Source of the DNA: a bacterium
GTDB lineage: Bacteria; JAJRZV01
Direction of reading: 5' to 3'
Assembly: GCA_024275095.1 (NCBI GenBank)
Contig: JAJRZV010000025.1
Span: 599 to 64,598 of the forward strand
DNA: 64,000 bases
The translations under genes and the position numbers were made by a program. A model generated the notes under the pieces. The model did not search any database, was not told the DNA's origin, and saw nothing but the letters and a program-made list of their open reading frames with translations. Positions 39,525-49,758 of this stretch are shown here, in pieces (position 1 is the stretch's first letter; the number at the start of each line of letters is the position of its first letter).

Positions 39525-39930
39525 TGAGAACCTCGCTTGCCAGCTGAATGTTTTTTTGTCCATAAGATTTTATAAACTTCGCAAATTCTGAAAGGTCCAT
39601 TTCATCTGTATGAGTGCACACCTTCAGAAGCATTGGGAGGTTGACGCCTGTGATCACTTCCGCCTTTCCTTTTTTCATAAAAGAAAGAGCAACATTGGAT
39701 GGCGTGCCGCCGAACATGTCAGTAAAAAGAACCACTCCATGACCCCTGTCGACCTTTTTTATGGCATCTTCGATTTTCTTTTTTATCCGCGTGAGGTCCA
39801 TGTTCTTCTCAACGTTGACGTATGTGAGCAGTGCATTTTCCCCGGCGATGTACTCTGCTGTTTTCACCAGGTCTTCAGCCAATCGTCCATGAGCTACCAC
39901 TACTATTCCAAATCTGCATTTTTTCTCCAT
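39481..39930 (-). CDS. PTS EIIA component, mannose/fructose (EIIA-Man) family
   Basis: FGIVVVAHGRLAEDL..., a PTS_EIIA_4-like fold of 149 aa. Confidence 0.7.
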   Translation of the reverse strand: MEKKCRFGIVVVAHGRLAEDLVKTAEYIAGENALLTYVNVEKNMDLTRIKKKIEDAIKKVDRGHGVVLFTDMFGGTPSNVALSFMKKGKAEVITGVNLPMLLKVCTHTDEMDLSEFAKFIKSYGQKNIQLASEVLNGGQRGKKNGGYKK

Positions 39931-39953
39931 GACTCTTTGCCCCGTGTATTGAG

Positions 39954-40811
39954 TTATTTTTCTATGTCTCTGTGGAATGTACTGACAACAGCAGTCCGCT
40001 CACGCAGGTATCTATCAAAGTAATTGGCCATTACAACAGACCGGTGCTTTCCTCCTGTGCACCCGAATGCGAGGTTGAGAATGCTTTTACCCTCTTTTTC
40101 GTAAAGATCCACGGCATAATCCAGGAATGCGGTTAATCGTTGTAAAAATTCTTCTGTCATCTTATTTTTTAACACATACTCTTTTACCCTTTCGTCGTTG
40201 CCGTTGAAGTTTCTCAGGTCTTCTTTGAAAAAGGGGTTGGGCAGGCATCTTACATCTATAACCAGATCCGCATCACTGGGCACACCGTATTTATAACCGA
40301 AGGATATAATGTTTATTTGCATTGTACGCGAGGGCGTGATTCCTTCGATTTTTCTCAAGCGGTCTCTCAACTGGTGAATGTTAATGTCAGAGGTGTCGAT
40401 TTGAACATGGCTGAGAGCTCGAATGGGAGCGAGCACTTCCCTTTCCTTCTCGAGCACTTCGTCCATGTTGAAACCTTCCAGCAGAGGATGCCTTCTGCGT
40501 GTTTCTTTAAATCTTGCTTTAATGCGTTCGTTCGTGGCATCGAGATATACCACAATGGGTTCAAAACCTTTTTCTCTGAGTTGTTCATACACTGAAGTGA
40601 AGTCCTTGAGAAATCGCCTTTCTCTTACGTCAACCACAAGGGCCACCTTTGAAATATCCTCAGAAGCGCTTTCGCATAATTCGAGAAAGTTGGGTATAAG
40701 GCCGACGGGGAGATTATCAACACAGTAATACCCAAAATCTTCAAGAGCCTTCATGGCCGTGGTTTTACCAGAGCCAGAAACTCCTGTAATAATGACAACC
40801 TGGGGTTTCAC
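39954..40811 (-). CDS. rapZ: RNase adapter protein RapZ (YhbJ/YvcJ P-loop NTPase)
   Basis: MKPQVVIITGVSGSGKTTAMKALEDFGYYCVDNLP is diagnostic of RapZ. Confidence 0.9.
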   Translation of the reverse strand: MKPQVVIITGVSGSGKTTAMKALEDFGYYCVDNLPVGLIPNFLELCESASEDISKVALVVDVRERRFLKDFTSVYEQLREKGFEPIVVYLDATNERIKARFKETRRRHPLLEGFNMDEVLEKEREVLAPIRALSHVQIDTSDINIHQLRDRLRKIEGITPSRTMQINIISFGYKYGVPSDADLVIDVRCLPNPFFKEDLRNFNGNDERVKEYVLKNKMTEEFLQRLTAFLDYAVDLYEKEGKSILNLAFGCTGGKHRSVVMANYFDRYLRERTAVVSTFHRDIEK

Positions 40812-41773
40812 TGGTCTTTTCTCCTTATGTGGAGTTCTTTTGTTTTTTCTTCAAGGCGTTTTTCAAAATCTTCACCAGAATATATACCTGCTCTTTTGAG
40901 AAGATAATTTCTTGCTGCTATTTCGACAAGTGTGGCAAGACTTCGGCCGGGTCCAACGGGTACCACCACATGCGGAAGTTTTACCCCCATAATTTCTGTT
41001 GTCATTTCGCGGGCTGCGATCGGGTCCTCGTTGGTGTATTCTTCCCATCGTACAAATTCTATGACAAGTTCTATTTTTTTTCTCGGTCTTACTGCAGAAA
41101 CTCCGAACAATTCCCGGATGTTGATAATACCGAGCCCCCGTATCTCCATGTGGTATCTGGTGATGGGGGGTGACATCCCGTAAACAGAGGTTTCGTCTCT
41201 TTTGACCACGTCTATTGCATCGTCGGATACAAGTCTTGCTCCCCTCATGATGAGTTCAAGGGCCACTTCACTTTTTCCTATGCCACTTGGTCCTTTGATA
41301 AGCACCCCTACACCAAGAATGTCCAGCAGCACGCCGTGGAGAGTGAGCGTGCGTGATTGGAGGTCCTTGATCTTTTCTGTAAATATCTGCACAAAATCAT
41401 TAAACGAAAGTCTGGTCTCCACAAAGGCAAGGTTTTGTGACTCGAGAATTTCGGAAAACGCCTGTACGTGCTTGCCGTGTGGCCTGCAGATGATCACTAC
41501 TGCTACTCCGCGTCGTTTAAGTCTGTGAAGAAGGCCTTCTATTTCCCGGGGGTATGCTTTAACCAGTTCTTCAATGACATCACCACCCGCCACTGCCAGG
41601 TTGGAGGTTCCACCTTTCAGGCGAAAACGCGGGGTTTTTTGACTCCGTATAATTCCAACAGGCGCTGACAAAATGAGTTCGCACTTGGGAAAAGATTCGG
41701 GAAGTTCCAAGCATAGCTCTTCAGCGTGGTCTTTGAGAAACTCCTTCAATGAAAGACTTTCAAGCTTTTTCAA
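40808..41773 (-). CDS. hprK: HPr kinase/phosphorylase
   Basis: LHGVLLDILGVGVLIKGPSGIGKSEVALELIMRGARLVSDD. Confidence 0.9.
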   Translation of the reverse strand: MKKLESLSLKEFLKDHAEELCLELPESFPKCELILSAPVGIIRSQKTPRFRLKGGTSNLAVAGGDVIEELVKAYPREIEGLLHRLKRRGVAVVIICRPHGKHVQAFSEILESQNLAFVETRLSFNDFVQIFTEKIKDLQSRTLTLHGVLLDILGVGVLIKGPSGIGKSEVALELIMRGARLVSDDAIDVVKRDETSVYGMSPPITRYHMEIRGLGIINIRELFGVSAVRPRKKIELVIEFVRWEEYTNEDPIAAREMTTEIMGVKLPHVVVPVGPGRSLATLVEIAARNYLLKRAGIYSGEDFEKRLEEKTKELHIRRKDQ

Positions 41774-42233
41774 GCCTTTCGTCTTCCTCGATGAGATAAT
41801 TGTAAATTTTATCTCTATCTTTTAAATCCATCAGCATTGAAAGAATTTTTTTTCTCCTGAGGAGTCTGGAAGCGGCAGCCAAGGCTCTTAAAAGCTCTCC
41901 TGGTCTGTCTTCAGGACCGATGAGAAAGAGAAAAATATGTACCGGTTTTCCTTCTTCGGTGTTGAAGTTTACGCCGCGACGGCTGAGGGCTAAAAGACCG
42001 TATACTTTCTCGACACCGGGAACACGAGCATGTGGAAATGCCACGCCTTCCGTTAATCCGGTAGAGCCCAGCCGCTCCCGCTGGAAGAGATAATCCTTAA
42101 TGCTTTCTGCACTTATATCCAGATGGTAAACATCCCTGAGGCGCTTCGCTCCTTCTTCTAAGGTATCCAGCACACCTGTCGTGTTCAGCTCAGTGATAAC
42201 GGCTTCTTTTATAAGAAAAGATGATATGCTCAT
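41760..42233 (-). CDS. ptsN: PTS EIIA-Ntr (nitrogen regulatory IIA)
   Basis: PTS EIIA type-2 fold with active-site GVAFPHARV. Confidence 0.8.
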   Translation of the reverse strand: MSISSFLIKEAVITELNTTGVLDTLEEGAKRLRDVYHLDISAESIKDYLFQRERLGSTGLTEGVAFPHARVPGVEKVYGLLALSRRGVNFNTEEGKPVHIFLFLIGPEDRPGELLRALAAASRLLRRKKILSMLMDLKDRDKIYNYLIEEDERLEKA

Positions 42234-42245
42234 TGAACTTGGATC

Positions 42246-42770
42246 TCAGTAATCTATCTCGATGAGTTCGAGTCGACCTTTTGCTGTGCGGTGAAGCACG
42301 TTGATCTTTCCGGTATCTTGGTTAATAAAGACAATAGCTCCTCCTTTTTCATCTAGCAGTAGGCGGGCATCTTCTACGGTGTAAACTTCCGGTTTTACAC
42401 TTTTGAAATCAAAGTGTTCTTCCACTTCGTCATCTTCGTATGAAGTAAAATCCCGCGCTGTCAGTCGGGAGTCAACACGTCTTTTCTGGTCCCTTACCCG
42501 ACCGAGTTTTTTGTGCAGTTGCCTGTCGATTTCATCAACCACCTCGTCCACTGCTGCCATTACATTGGCAGCTCTTTCGGAGGCAAATGCGCGGAATATT
42601 CCTTCTTTCACTTCTGCATCAACAACGTAATCATTGTTGTCTTTTTTAAGAACAAGTCTTATCGCCGGTGGGCGGTCGAAGTGTTTTTCTATTTTTCGAA
42701 AGCGTTTTTCAACGTATTCTTTTACCTGCTCATGTGATGGAACATCCTTGAATGTTATGTGGATCTTCAA
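42246..42770 (-). CDS. hpf: Ribosome hibernation-promoting factor (long HPF / sigma-54 modulation protein)
   Basis: KIHITFKDVPSHEQVKEYVEKRFRKIEKHF plus a C-terminal dimerisation domain. The probable TTG start is preceded by GGAGGTG with a 6-nt spacer; the listed ORF starts further upstream. Confidence 0.8.
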   Translation of the reverse strand: MKIHITFKDVPSHEQVKEYVEKRFRKIEKHFDRPPAIRLVLKKDNNDYVVDAEVKEGIFRAFASERAANVMAAVDEVVDEIDRQLHKKLGRVRDQKRRVDSRLTARDFTSYEDDEVEEHFDFKSVKPEVYTVEDARLLLDEKGGAIVFINQDTGKINVLHRTAKGRLELIEIDY

Positions 42771-42820
42771 GTTTGACACCTCCGGCAATGTGTTTTTGAA
42801 ACCGCCCTCTATTGAAGCGC

Positions 42821-43762
42821 TCAATCGAGAATATAGTCGCGGGGATCCACAGGAACCCCATTTTTTCTCACCTCATAGTGGAGGTGAGGCCCCGTACTTC
42901 GGCCGGTATTGCCCACCGCTCCTACTACCTGCCCCCGCTCTACACGCTGTCCAGGTTGTACGTAGACTTCCGCAAGGTGGGCATACAATGTGGAAAAGCC
43001 GTATCCATGTTCAATAATTACCGTATTGCCGAAACTGCGCTCGTATTTAGCATAAACTACAATTCCATCGGCTGTTGCAAGAACAGGGGTGCCAAAGCGT
43101 GCAGCTATATCCAGACCTTCGTGAAGCTCCTGGCGTCCAGTAAATGGGTCAACGCGGTATCCAAATTCTGACGTGACCCATCCCTTGACAGGCCATATGG
43201 AAGGTGTGGAGTCAAGAAGAGACCGCTTGTCATTAAGTATGGTAAATATGCTATCGAGTATCGTCTCTTCCTGCTCAATCCTTTTTTCCAGGTTCCCGAT
43301 GCGGGCTGCCAGCAGGTCTGTTCTTTCACCTGTTTCCACCTGGGGTACAGAAACATCAAGACCAACTCCTCCTACTCCCATGAGCATTGATTCCCCTTCC
43401 TCTTCTGTACCAATGGCAATGTCTCTGATTTTTCTTCCAAGATGCTCAATGTCCGCAACTTTCATCTCTAATGCTCGCAGCTTTCTGCCCATTTCAAGAA
43501 TTCGCTGTTTCTGAGTTTGAACCTTTGTTGAAAGGGCCTTGTTGAGAGAGTGCATCTGAAAAGTGACACTGAAAAGCAAGGGCGCGGAAACGGCCAGAAG
43601 GACAACAATGGATGCACATGCAAGTGCTACGTGAACCGATTTTCTGGATACCACGTATTTTCGAACCTTGCCTTCATGGGGTATCCAGATAAACGTGTAA
43701 AAAGATTCTTTTACCTTTCTCTTCACTCCCTTCATCCAGCCTTTATTTTTATTTACATACAA
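42821..43762 (-). CDS. M23-family metallopeptidase with a TM anchor and coiled-coil
   Basis: HEGLDIAARFGTPVLATADGIVV...HGYGFSTLYAHL...GNTGRSTGPHLHYEV (HxxxD / HxH M23 motifs). Confidence 0.8.
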   Translation of the reverse strand: MYVNKNKGWMKGVKRKVKESFYTFIWIPHEGKVRKYVVSRKSVHVALACASIVVLLAVSAPLLFSVTFQMHSLNKALSTKVQTQKQRILEMGRKLRALEMKVADIEHLGRKIRDIAIGTEEEGESMLMGVGGVGLDVSVPQVETGERTDLLAARIGNLEKRIEQEETILDSIFTILNDKRSLLDSTPSIWPVKGWVTSEFGYRVDPFTGRQELHEGLDIAARFGTPVLATADGIVVYAKYERSFGNTVIIEHGYGFSTLYAHLAEVYVQPGQRVERGQVVGAVGNTGRSTGPHLHYEVRKNGVPVDPRDYILD

Positions 43763-45006
43763 CTTCCCCTGTCAATAAAAACGTCCATTTTTTCTTTCCC
43801 GCGCGTATCACAGAAAATGTCTATCCTCTCCCCTCCTCGCATGAAGCTTAATTTATACACTCCACTGGTTAAATATACAACATTAGACACAACTTTATCA
43901 AAAACTTGTCCATTAATTTTGAGACGTGAAAACTCTCCGTGAATTGTCACCGGAATTCTGCGGTAATGCGCTCCCCACATAAAAAGGCTGAACAGGAGAA
44001 CCGAACATATCCATCGGGTTGCTGGCCACACATGGTGTGATATCCGCGAGCGAGCACGTGGAAATACAGGTGTCATCACTGCCGCGGGGCCATGCATTCT
44101 GCTTAAACAGGAAAGAATCACGTCTTCTTCCGGGAGATACCCGTACAGTTGCTGGATAATGCAATAAATATCTGCCAGCACCTCGTTAAAAGTTTCGGGT
44201 CTGCGCGCGATGTGATGTGAAAGGCAGCGATGCACGAGGTGTTCTACAGCTGAAGGGACTCGAACGTAATGGCTCAGAGGCGTCAGCTGGCCTCTGAGTA
44301 TTTTTTCTGAAGCTGTGGATGTTTCATCAGTTTCAAAGGGTCTACCCCCTGCGATCATTTCATACAACACAACGCCGAAGGCAAATACATCAGAGCGTTC
44401 GCTCACGCGTTCTCCTCTCAGTTGTTCCGGTGACATGTAGGAAGGCGTTCCCAGGGCCACTCCAGGTGCTGTCAGAAGTTCTGTGGCCTCGTCCAGATGA
44501 GCTACTCCAAAGTCCAGGATTTTTACCCCCCCATCTTCTGTAATGATAATATTTGAAGGTTTTAAATCTCTGTGAATAATGCCTCTTGCGTGTGCATACC
44601 TCAGCCCTCGTGCGATTTGAACACCGATAATAAGAGCTTCTTTCAATTCCAGATGTTTCAAATGATGAATGAGCTTGGAAAGAGGTATTCCCTCTACATA
44701 CTCCATTACAATGTAAAGGTCTCCCCGCTCCTGGAAAAACTCGTAAATTCTCGCGATGTTTCGATGTCGGAGTGAGGCGAGGATTTCAGCTTCGCGGGCA
44801 AAGCGTTTGACGAGTTCTTCGTCTTCCGTCAGCTCCCGCTTGAGATGCTTGACAGCAACGTATCGCCCGAGGGGCTGTTGCTGTGCCAGATATACTACCG
44901 ACATCCCGCCCCGGGCAATTTCATCGATAATTTTAAAACGGTCGCGGAATTTCAAACTCTCCGCTCCATTATTTCTTGCTTGAAGAGGAGAGGAAGAGAA
45001 CATACG
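43753..45006 (-). CDS. Hanks-type Ser/Thr protein kinase with a C-terminal TM segment
   Basis: GGMSVVY...VAVK, HRDLKPSNIII, DFGVA and SPEQ motifs. Start placed at MFSSSP; the listed ORF extends 5' into the GNAT gene. Confidence 0.8.
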   Translation of the reverse strand, partial: RMFSSSPLQARNNGAESLKFRDRFKIIDEIARGGMSVVYLAQQQPLGRYVAVKHLKRELTEDEELVKRFAREAEILASLRHRNIARIYEFFQERGDLYIVMEYVEGIPLSKLIHHLKHLELKEALIIGVQIARGLRYAHARGIIHRDLKPSNIIITEDGGVKILDFGVAHLDEATELLTAPGVALGTPSYMSPEQLRGERVSERSDVFAFGVVLYEMIAGGRPFETDETSTASEKILRGQLTPLSHYVRVPSAVEHLVHRCLSHHIARRPETFNEVLADIYCIIQQLYGYLPEEDVILSCLSRMHGPAAVMTPVFPRARSRISHHVWPATRWICSVLLFSLFMWGAHYRRIPVTIHGEFSRLKINGQVFDKVVSNVVYLTSGVYKLSFMRGGERIDIFCDTRGKEKMDVFIDRGSCM

Positions 45007-45442
45007 CCTCTTCGTCGCATTGTGGGAACTTGGGACAGTTAACGCAGTCTTTCCATATCTTGTTTGGAAGTTTTTCTTTCGGAACCAGCTTGAACCCCTT
45101 TTGCAGGTAGAGGTGAGGGGCTTGGGCGAGCACAAATATTTTCTTAAACCCGAACTGTTTTGCTTCTTTGATGACCCGCGAGAGAAGCCGCTTGCCCACC
45201 CCAAGGCCTCTCCATTTTTCTGCTACAACCAGGCTTCTTACTTCACACATTTCAGGAGTGGCAAAATGAAGGGCCACAACCCCTACTATTTCATCTTCTG
45301 CTTCTGCCACAATAAAGTCCCGAAGATGCTCCAGAATTTCCTGCTGGCTGCGTTCGAGTACTGCACCTGTGCGTGCAGCATGCCTGATAATGTTGTATAT
45401 ATCAAGCAGGTCTTCGAGTTTTGCTTTTCGTATCCTCACCAT
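44969..45442 (-). CDS. GNAT-family N-acetyltransferase
   Basis: Acetyl-CoA-binding motif RGLGVGKRLL in a 150-160 aa fold. Start assumed at MVRIRKAKLEDL. Confidence 0.7.
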   Translation of the reverse strand: MVRIRKAKLEDLLDIYNIIRHAARTGAVLERSQQEILEHLRDFIVAEAEDEIVGVVALHFATPEMCEVRSLVVAEKWRGLGVGKRLLSRVIKEAKQFGFKKIFVLAQAPHLYLQKGFKLVPKEKLPNKIWKDCVNCPKFPQCDEEAYVLFLSSSSKK

Positions 45443-47108
45443 GAGTCCTTTCCAGGAGTTCTTCTGCATGTTTTAGTGATATGGCTGAGACGTCCCCGCT
45501 GAGCAGTTTTGCGATTTCTTTTATTCTTTTTTCCGGGCTGGTGAGTTCCATCACTTCTACACTGCTGCGGCCGCTTTTTATTCTTTTTTCTACGTGGAAG
45601 TGGGCATCTGCGCGTGCAGCTATTTGCGCCCGGTGCGTTACGAGGAATACCTGATGATGTCTGGCCAGTTCAGCCAGTTTCAGAGCCACAGCATCCACGG
45701 TTTTACCACCTATGCCCGCATCTACTTCATCGAACACCAGTATTCCGCTCCTTCCAGCCAGTGTCTTTTTTAGTGCAAGCAGTACTCTTGCCAGCTCTCC
45801 GCCTGATGCAACTTTGCTCAAAGGCTGAGGTGGCAAATCAGGATTGGCTGAAAACATAAATTCTATTTTGTCAGCCCCTGTTGATGTGAGTGAATCCGCC
45901 CCTGAATCGAGAGAGGTTTCGATTTTTATTTGGAACATCCCCTTGGTTATTCCTAAGTCCTTAAATTCTTTGCATACTGCATCACATAGGACTTTTGCAC
46001 TCTTGGTACGCTTGTGATGCAGTGTTCGGGCCATATCCTCCATGGCATTGCGAAGTTTTTCTTTCTCCTTTTGAAGTTCTCTGAGATCGAGTTCCAAACA
46101 CTCCAGCTGTGAAAATTCATCCTGTGCACGTTTCAAGTAAGAATGTATTTCTTCAACCGTTGCTCCATACTTTTTCTTCAACCGGTGAAGAAGAGCAAGC
46201 CTTTCCTGGACGTGTTCTAATTCTTCCGGATCCTCATACACTCCCTCCAATATATCTGCTGCCTGAAGTGCAGCATCTTTTAATGCTTCCACTGCACTTT
46301 CTAATGTTTCACAGAGCTCTTCCAGTTCACTGCTGAGTTTTTTTACCCTGGTTATTTCGGTTAGGGCGGAAGAGGCCAGTCCATAAGCACTGACCTCGTC
46401 GGAATAAAGGAATTCGTAAGTTTTATTCAGGGCTTCCCGGAGTTGTTCTACATTTTTCAGATAAGCACTTTTACTTCGCAACTCTTCCTCTTCACCTGGT
46501 TGAATGTTAGCATTAAGAATTTCATCTATTTCGTAACGCAGAACGTCCATGCGTCGCTCTTTCTCCCTGTTTTTCGCTTCCAGTTCTTCCAGCTGGGCTT
46601 TTATACGATGGTATTTCTCGTAGAGTTCCCGGAACCGGGTTCTTAGTTCCATAACCTGGGCGAACTCATCAAGGATTTCCAGTTGATGAGCGGGATCCTT
46701 TATTCGAATGGCTGCATGCTGTGACGTGATTTCAAGAAACTCCGCGGTTATTTGATTGAGGAATGCAAGGGATACGGCCTTTTCGTTGAGGAATGTCTGA
46801 GAGCCTTTCGGAGTAATGAGACGTCGGATGATAAGCTGATCTGATACTTCAAATCCGGCGTTTTGCAGGAGCTCTGCTGCACGTGGTGGCAAATCCCCGG
46901 AGAGGACGAGCTCGATTTCACACCGATCTTTACCGGGACGGATCATCTCTGGCCGTGTCCGCCGGCCTGTAGCAACTCCCATGGCACCGAGTATTAAAGA
47001 TTTGCCCGCTCCTGTCTCACCTGTAAAGACGTTGAGTCCTTCGGCGGGCTCGATGGTTACATCTTCAATGATGATAAAATTTTTCACTCGCAGGCGTTCA
47101 ACCTTCAA
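45402..47108 (-). CDS. recN: DNA repair protein RecN
   Basis: RVKNFIIIEDVTIEPAEGLNVFTGETGAGKSLI with long coiled-coils and a C-terminal SMC signature. 568 aa. Confidence 0.9.
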   Translation of the reverse strand: MKVERLRVKNFIIIEDVTIEPAEGLNVFTGETGAGKSLILGAMGVATGRRTRPEMIRPGKDRCEIELVLSGDLPPRAAELLQNAGFEVSDQLIIRRLITPKGSQTFLNEKAVSLAFLNQITAEFLEITSQHAAIRIKDPAHQLEILDEFAQVMELRTRFRELYEKYHRIKAQLEELEAKNREKERRMDVLRYEIDEILNANIQPGEEEELRSKSAYLKNVEQLREALNKTYEFLYSDEVSAYGLASSALTEITRVKKLSSELEELCETLESAVEALKDAALQAADILEGVYEDPEELEHVQERLALLHRLKKKYGATVEEIHSYLKRAQDEFSQLECLELDLRELQKEKEKLRNAMEDMARTLHHKRTKSAKVLCDAVCKEFKDLGITKGMFQIKIETSLDSGADSLTSTGADKIEFMFSANPDLPPQPLSKVASGGELARVLLALKKTLAGRSGILVFDEVDAGIGGKTVDAVALKLAELARHHQVFLVTHRAQIAARADAHFHVEKRIKSGRSSVEVMELTSPEKRIKEIAKLLSGDVSAISLKHAEELLERTHGEDTKSKTRRPA

Positions 47109-47974
47109 GGTCCGCTCCAGGAGAGTTTTTTCCTGAGAACTTCGAAGTAATTACGATTTTTTCGGCGCACAAGTTTGAGACATTTTTCAGATCGGCGGGC
47201 GAGTAGCACGTCTCCCACACGCATTGCAGCACCTGTTTGTCCATCGAGTGTGAGAAATGCACCTTCTTCTTCGCGCGAGGCTTTACGGATTTCTATTCTT
47301 ATTTCGTATTTGTCCGGGATGACCATGGGTCTTACGGTAAGGCTGTGAGGGCATATAGCAGTGATGATATGTGCTCGCACTTCTGGCTCCACCACGGGCC
47401 CTCCGGAGGCGAGGGAATAAGCGGTTGAACCAGTGGGAGTGGACACAATGACCCCGTCCGCTCGGAAGCGTGCCGCAAAATATCCGCCCACGTAGAGATC
47501 TATCTCCATCAGCCGGGCAATGGCGGATTTTGTAACAACGGCATCGTTAAGTACAATTTTCTGCATTATTTCGTGGTTGTCTCGAAGAAGGAAAGCATCA
47601 AGAAGTGCTCTTTCTTCCACTTCGCATTTGCCCTGGAGAAATTCGTCTATTGCGACTTCCATTTCTTCAGGAGAGATTTCAGTCAGAAAACCAAGACCTC
47701 CCGCATTCACTCCGAGCACAGGAAGGCCTCTTGAAACAGCTACGTCTACAGTGCTGAGGAATGTGCCATCTCCTCCTATGACGAAGATACAATCAGCGTT
47801 CGAGGAAACCTCTTCTTTTGAGTGAACGGGGAAACCCTCAGCATGGTCCTCGCCTTTGTCCACAATCAATGGCTCGATGCCCCTGCTCTCCAGCATGTTT
47901 ACCATCTTCACCAACAGTGAATGAGCGCGTTCGCTTTTGCGCTTGTACACAATCCCAGCTTTTTTTACTTTCAT
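47105..47974 (-). CDS. nadK: NAD kinase
   Basis: CIFVIGGDGTFLS, NDAVV and TPTGSTAYSLSAGGP motifs. Confidence 0.9.
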   Translation of the reverse strand: MKVKKAGIVYKRKSERAHSLLVKMVNMLESRGIEPLIVDKGEDHAEGFPVHSKEEVSSNADCIFVIGGDGTFLSTVDVAVSRGLPVLGVNAGGLGFLTEISPEEMEVAIDEFLQGKCEVEERALLDAFLLRDNHEIMQKIVLNDAVVTKSAIARLMEIDLYVGGYFAARFRADGVIVSTPTGSTAYSLASGGPVVEPEVRAHIITAICPHSLTVRPMVIPDKYEIRIEIRKASREEEGAFLTLDGQTGAAMRVGDVLLARRSEKCLKLVRRKNRNYFEVLRKKLSWSGP

Positions 47975-48087
47975 CGTTGCCCCTTTATAATTTTAGGTCA
48001 CCGTATTTTTGCAGGAGCACTTTCATTCGTTTGCTGAATTCTCCGAAAGCGCCCCGAAACCCATAATGGTATGATAACATAAAAATA

Positions 48088-49371
48088 ATGCTGTTCGATG
48101 ATGCAAAACAGGGGCGCAAACCTTTATCTGAAAGAGTAAGGCCGCGGGTGCTTGAAGATCTCATTGGTTATCCCGGCCTTACGGCAAAGGGTGGTATCCT
48201 CAGGCAGATTATAGAGAAAGACCTGCGTATTCCTCTTATTTTGTGGGGCCCACCGGGTGTGGGCAAGACATCGGTAGGACACATAATCGCTGCTGAAAAA
48301 AAGGTTCCATTTCTCGAATTCTCCACGGCCACAACACCGCCCAAACAAATTATTGACAATATCACGGCCCTGAGCGCGGCAGGTAAGGTCCCTGTTGTTG
48401 TTATAAACGAATTTCACAGATACAACAAACTTCAACAGGAGCTTTTCCTGCCGCTTATGGAATCGGGCAATTATTTTTTTGTACTTACCACCACAGAGAA
48501 CCCTTCTTTTACCTTCAAGGGTTCGATCCTTTCACGCTCCCGAATTATTCCCATGGAGCCACTTTCTGAAGAGGCAATCCTGGAAATACTCAAAAAAAGT
48601 TTTGAGAAAGATCCGGTCTTGAAGAGTTACTCGGAAAGGGTGAGTGATGAGGCTCTTGTTGCTATTGCAGAAATGGCTCGGGGTGACGCACGTTTCGCGC
48701 TTAACGCCCTGGAAGCCGTGGTAGAGGAATCAGAGGACCTTGTTACTCCGCCTGTGGTTCACCAGGTCCTTTCCCGCAAGCCATTTCATTATGACAGAAG
48801 CGGTGATGAAAGGTACATTCTTATTTCCGCTTTTATCAAGAGCATCAGGGGTTCTGACCCTGACGCTGCCCTTTATTACCTGGCACGAATGCTGGAGGAA
48901 GGCGAGGATCCCCTCTATATTGCACGCCGAATGATTATCGCTGCAGCTGAGGATATTGGACTTGCAGACCCTAATGCCCTTTCTGTAGCAGTGGCCGCGT
49001 ACTCTGCCTTTGAAAAGGTCGGCTTACCTGAAGGTTGGATTCCTCTCGCAGAGGCAACAGTGTATCTTTCTACCGCACCCAAGTCCAATGCTGCATACAA
49101 GGCATATTTAAAAGCGCGTGAAGATGTGCACAAACATCCACATTTGACAGTACCCCTCAAACTGCGCAATCCTTCCACCCCTCTTCTCGAGAGGCTCGGG
49201 TATGGTAGAGACTACGTTTATCCTCACAATCTTCCTGATGGATATTCTCCAGAGCATTATTTGCCTGAAGAGCTTAAAGGAAGGATTTATTACCGTCCCA
49301 CTGGCAGGGGTTATGAAAAATATATCGAAAAGGTGCTTTCTCGTTTAAGAAAACTTCGAAATATGGATTAA
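48088..49371 (+). CDS. rarA: Replication-associated recombination protein A (RarA/MgsA AAA ATPase)
   Basis: ILWGPPGVGKTS Walker A and the C-terminal MgsA helical lid (LYIARRMIIAAAEDIGLADP). Confidence 0.9.
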   Translation: MLFDDAKQGRKPLSERVRPRVLEDLIGYPGLTAKGGILRQIIEKDLRIPLILWGPPGVGKTSVGHIIAAEKKVPFLEFSTATTPPKQIIDNITALSAAGKVPVVVINEFHRYNKLQQELFLPLMESGNYFFVLTTTENPSFTFKGSILSRSRIIPMEPLSEEAILEILKKSFEKDPVLKSYSERVSDEALVAIAEMARGDARFALNALEAVVEESEDLVTPPVVHQVLSRKPFHYDRSGDERYILISAFIKSIRGSDPDAALYYLARMLEEGEDPLYIARRMIIAAAEDIGLADPNALSVAVAAYSAFEKVGLPEGWIPLAEATVYLSTAPKSNAAYKAYLKAREDVHKHPHLTVPLKLRNPSTPLLERLGYGRDYVYPHNLPDGYSPEHYLPEELKGRIYYRPTGRGYEKYIEKVLSRLRKLRNMD

Positions 49372-49463
49372 CAATCAATTCGATGGATCATTGCGGACAA
49401 AAAATGCAAACAAACTTTACGCCTGTGTTTGTAAAAAATTTATTCAATAGTGATACTTTTTGT

Positions 49464-49497
49464 CCATTGTTGTGTCAGATAGTTGACACAACAATGG
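49464..49497. promoter_or_regulatory. Perfect 14-bp inverted repeat (CCATTGTTGTGTCA-n6-TGACACAACAATGG); candidate operator or Rho-independent-like hairpin without a U-tract
   Basis: Seen directly in the sequence ~93 nt after the rarA stop and ~265 nt upstream of the REC-GGDEF gene. The right arm contains TTGACA. Confidence 0.45.
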
Positions 49498-49758
49498 CTG
49501 TTCAGGATTGGTATTTGCCATATATGGTTTTCCAAAATGGCTGGGGGATGCTCGGCACATAAGACAGATTTCGATTCTCTGGTGATGTTTTTCTGTATTT
49601 TCGTAAAATCGCAAAATACTCATGTTTTTTCTTGACAGAATTCTGAAAATGTGATTTGGTGTGGGATGGAGGGGTGTTTATTTTCTCATGTGAGGTTCTG
49701 GCATGATAATTGATTTATCCATTTCTCCTGTGAGGATAACGAGGAAGAGGAAAGGGAA

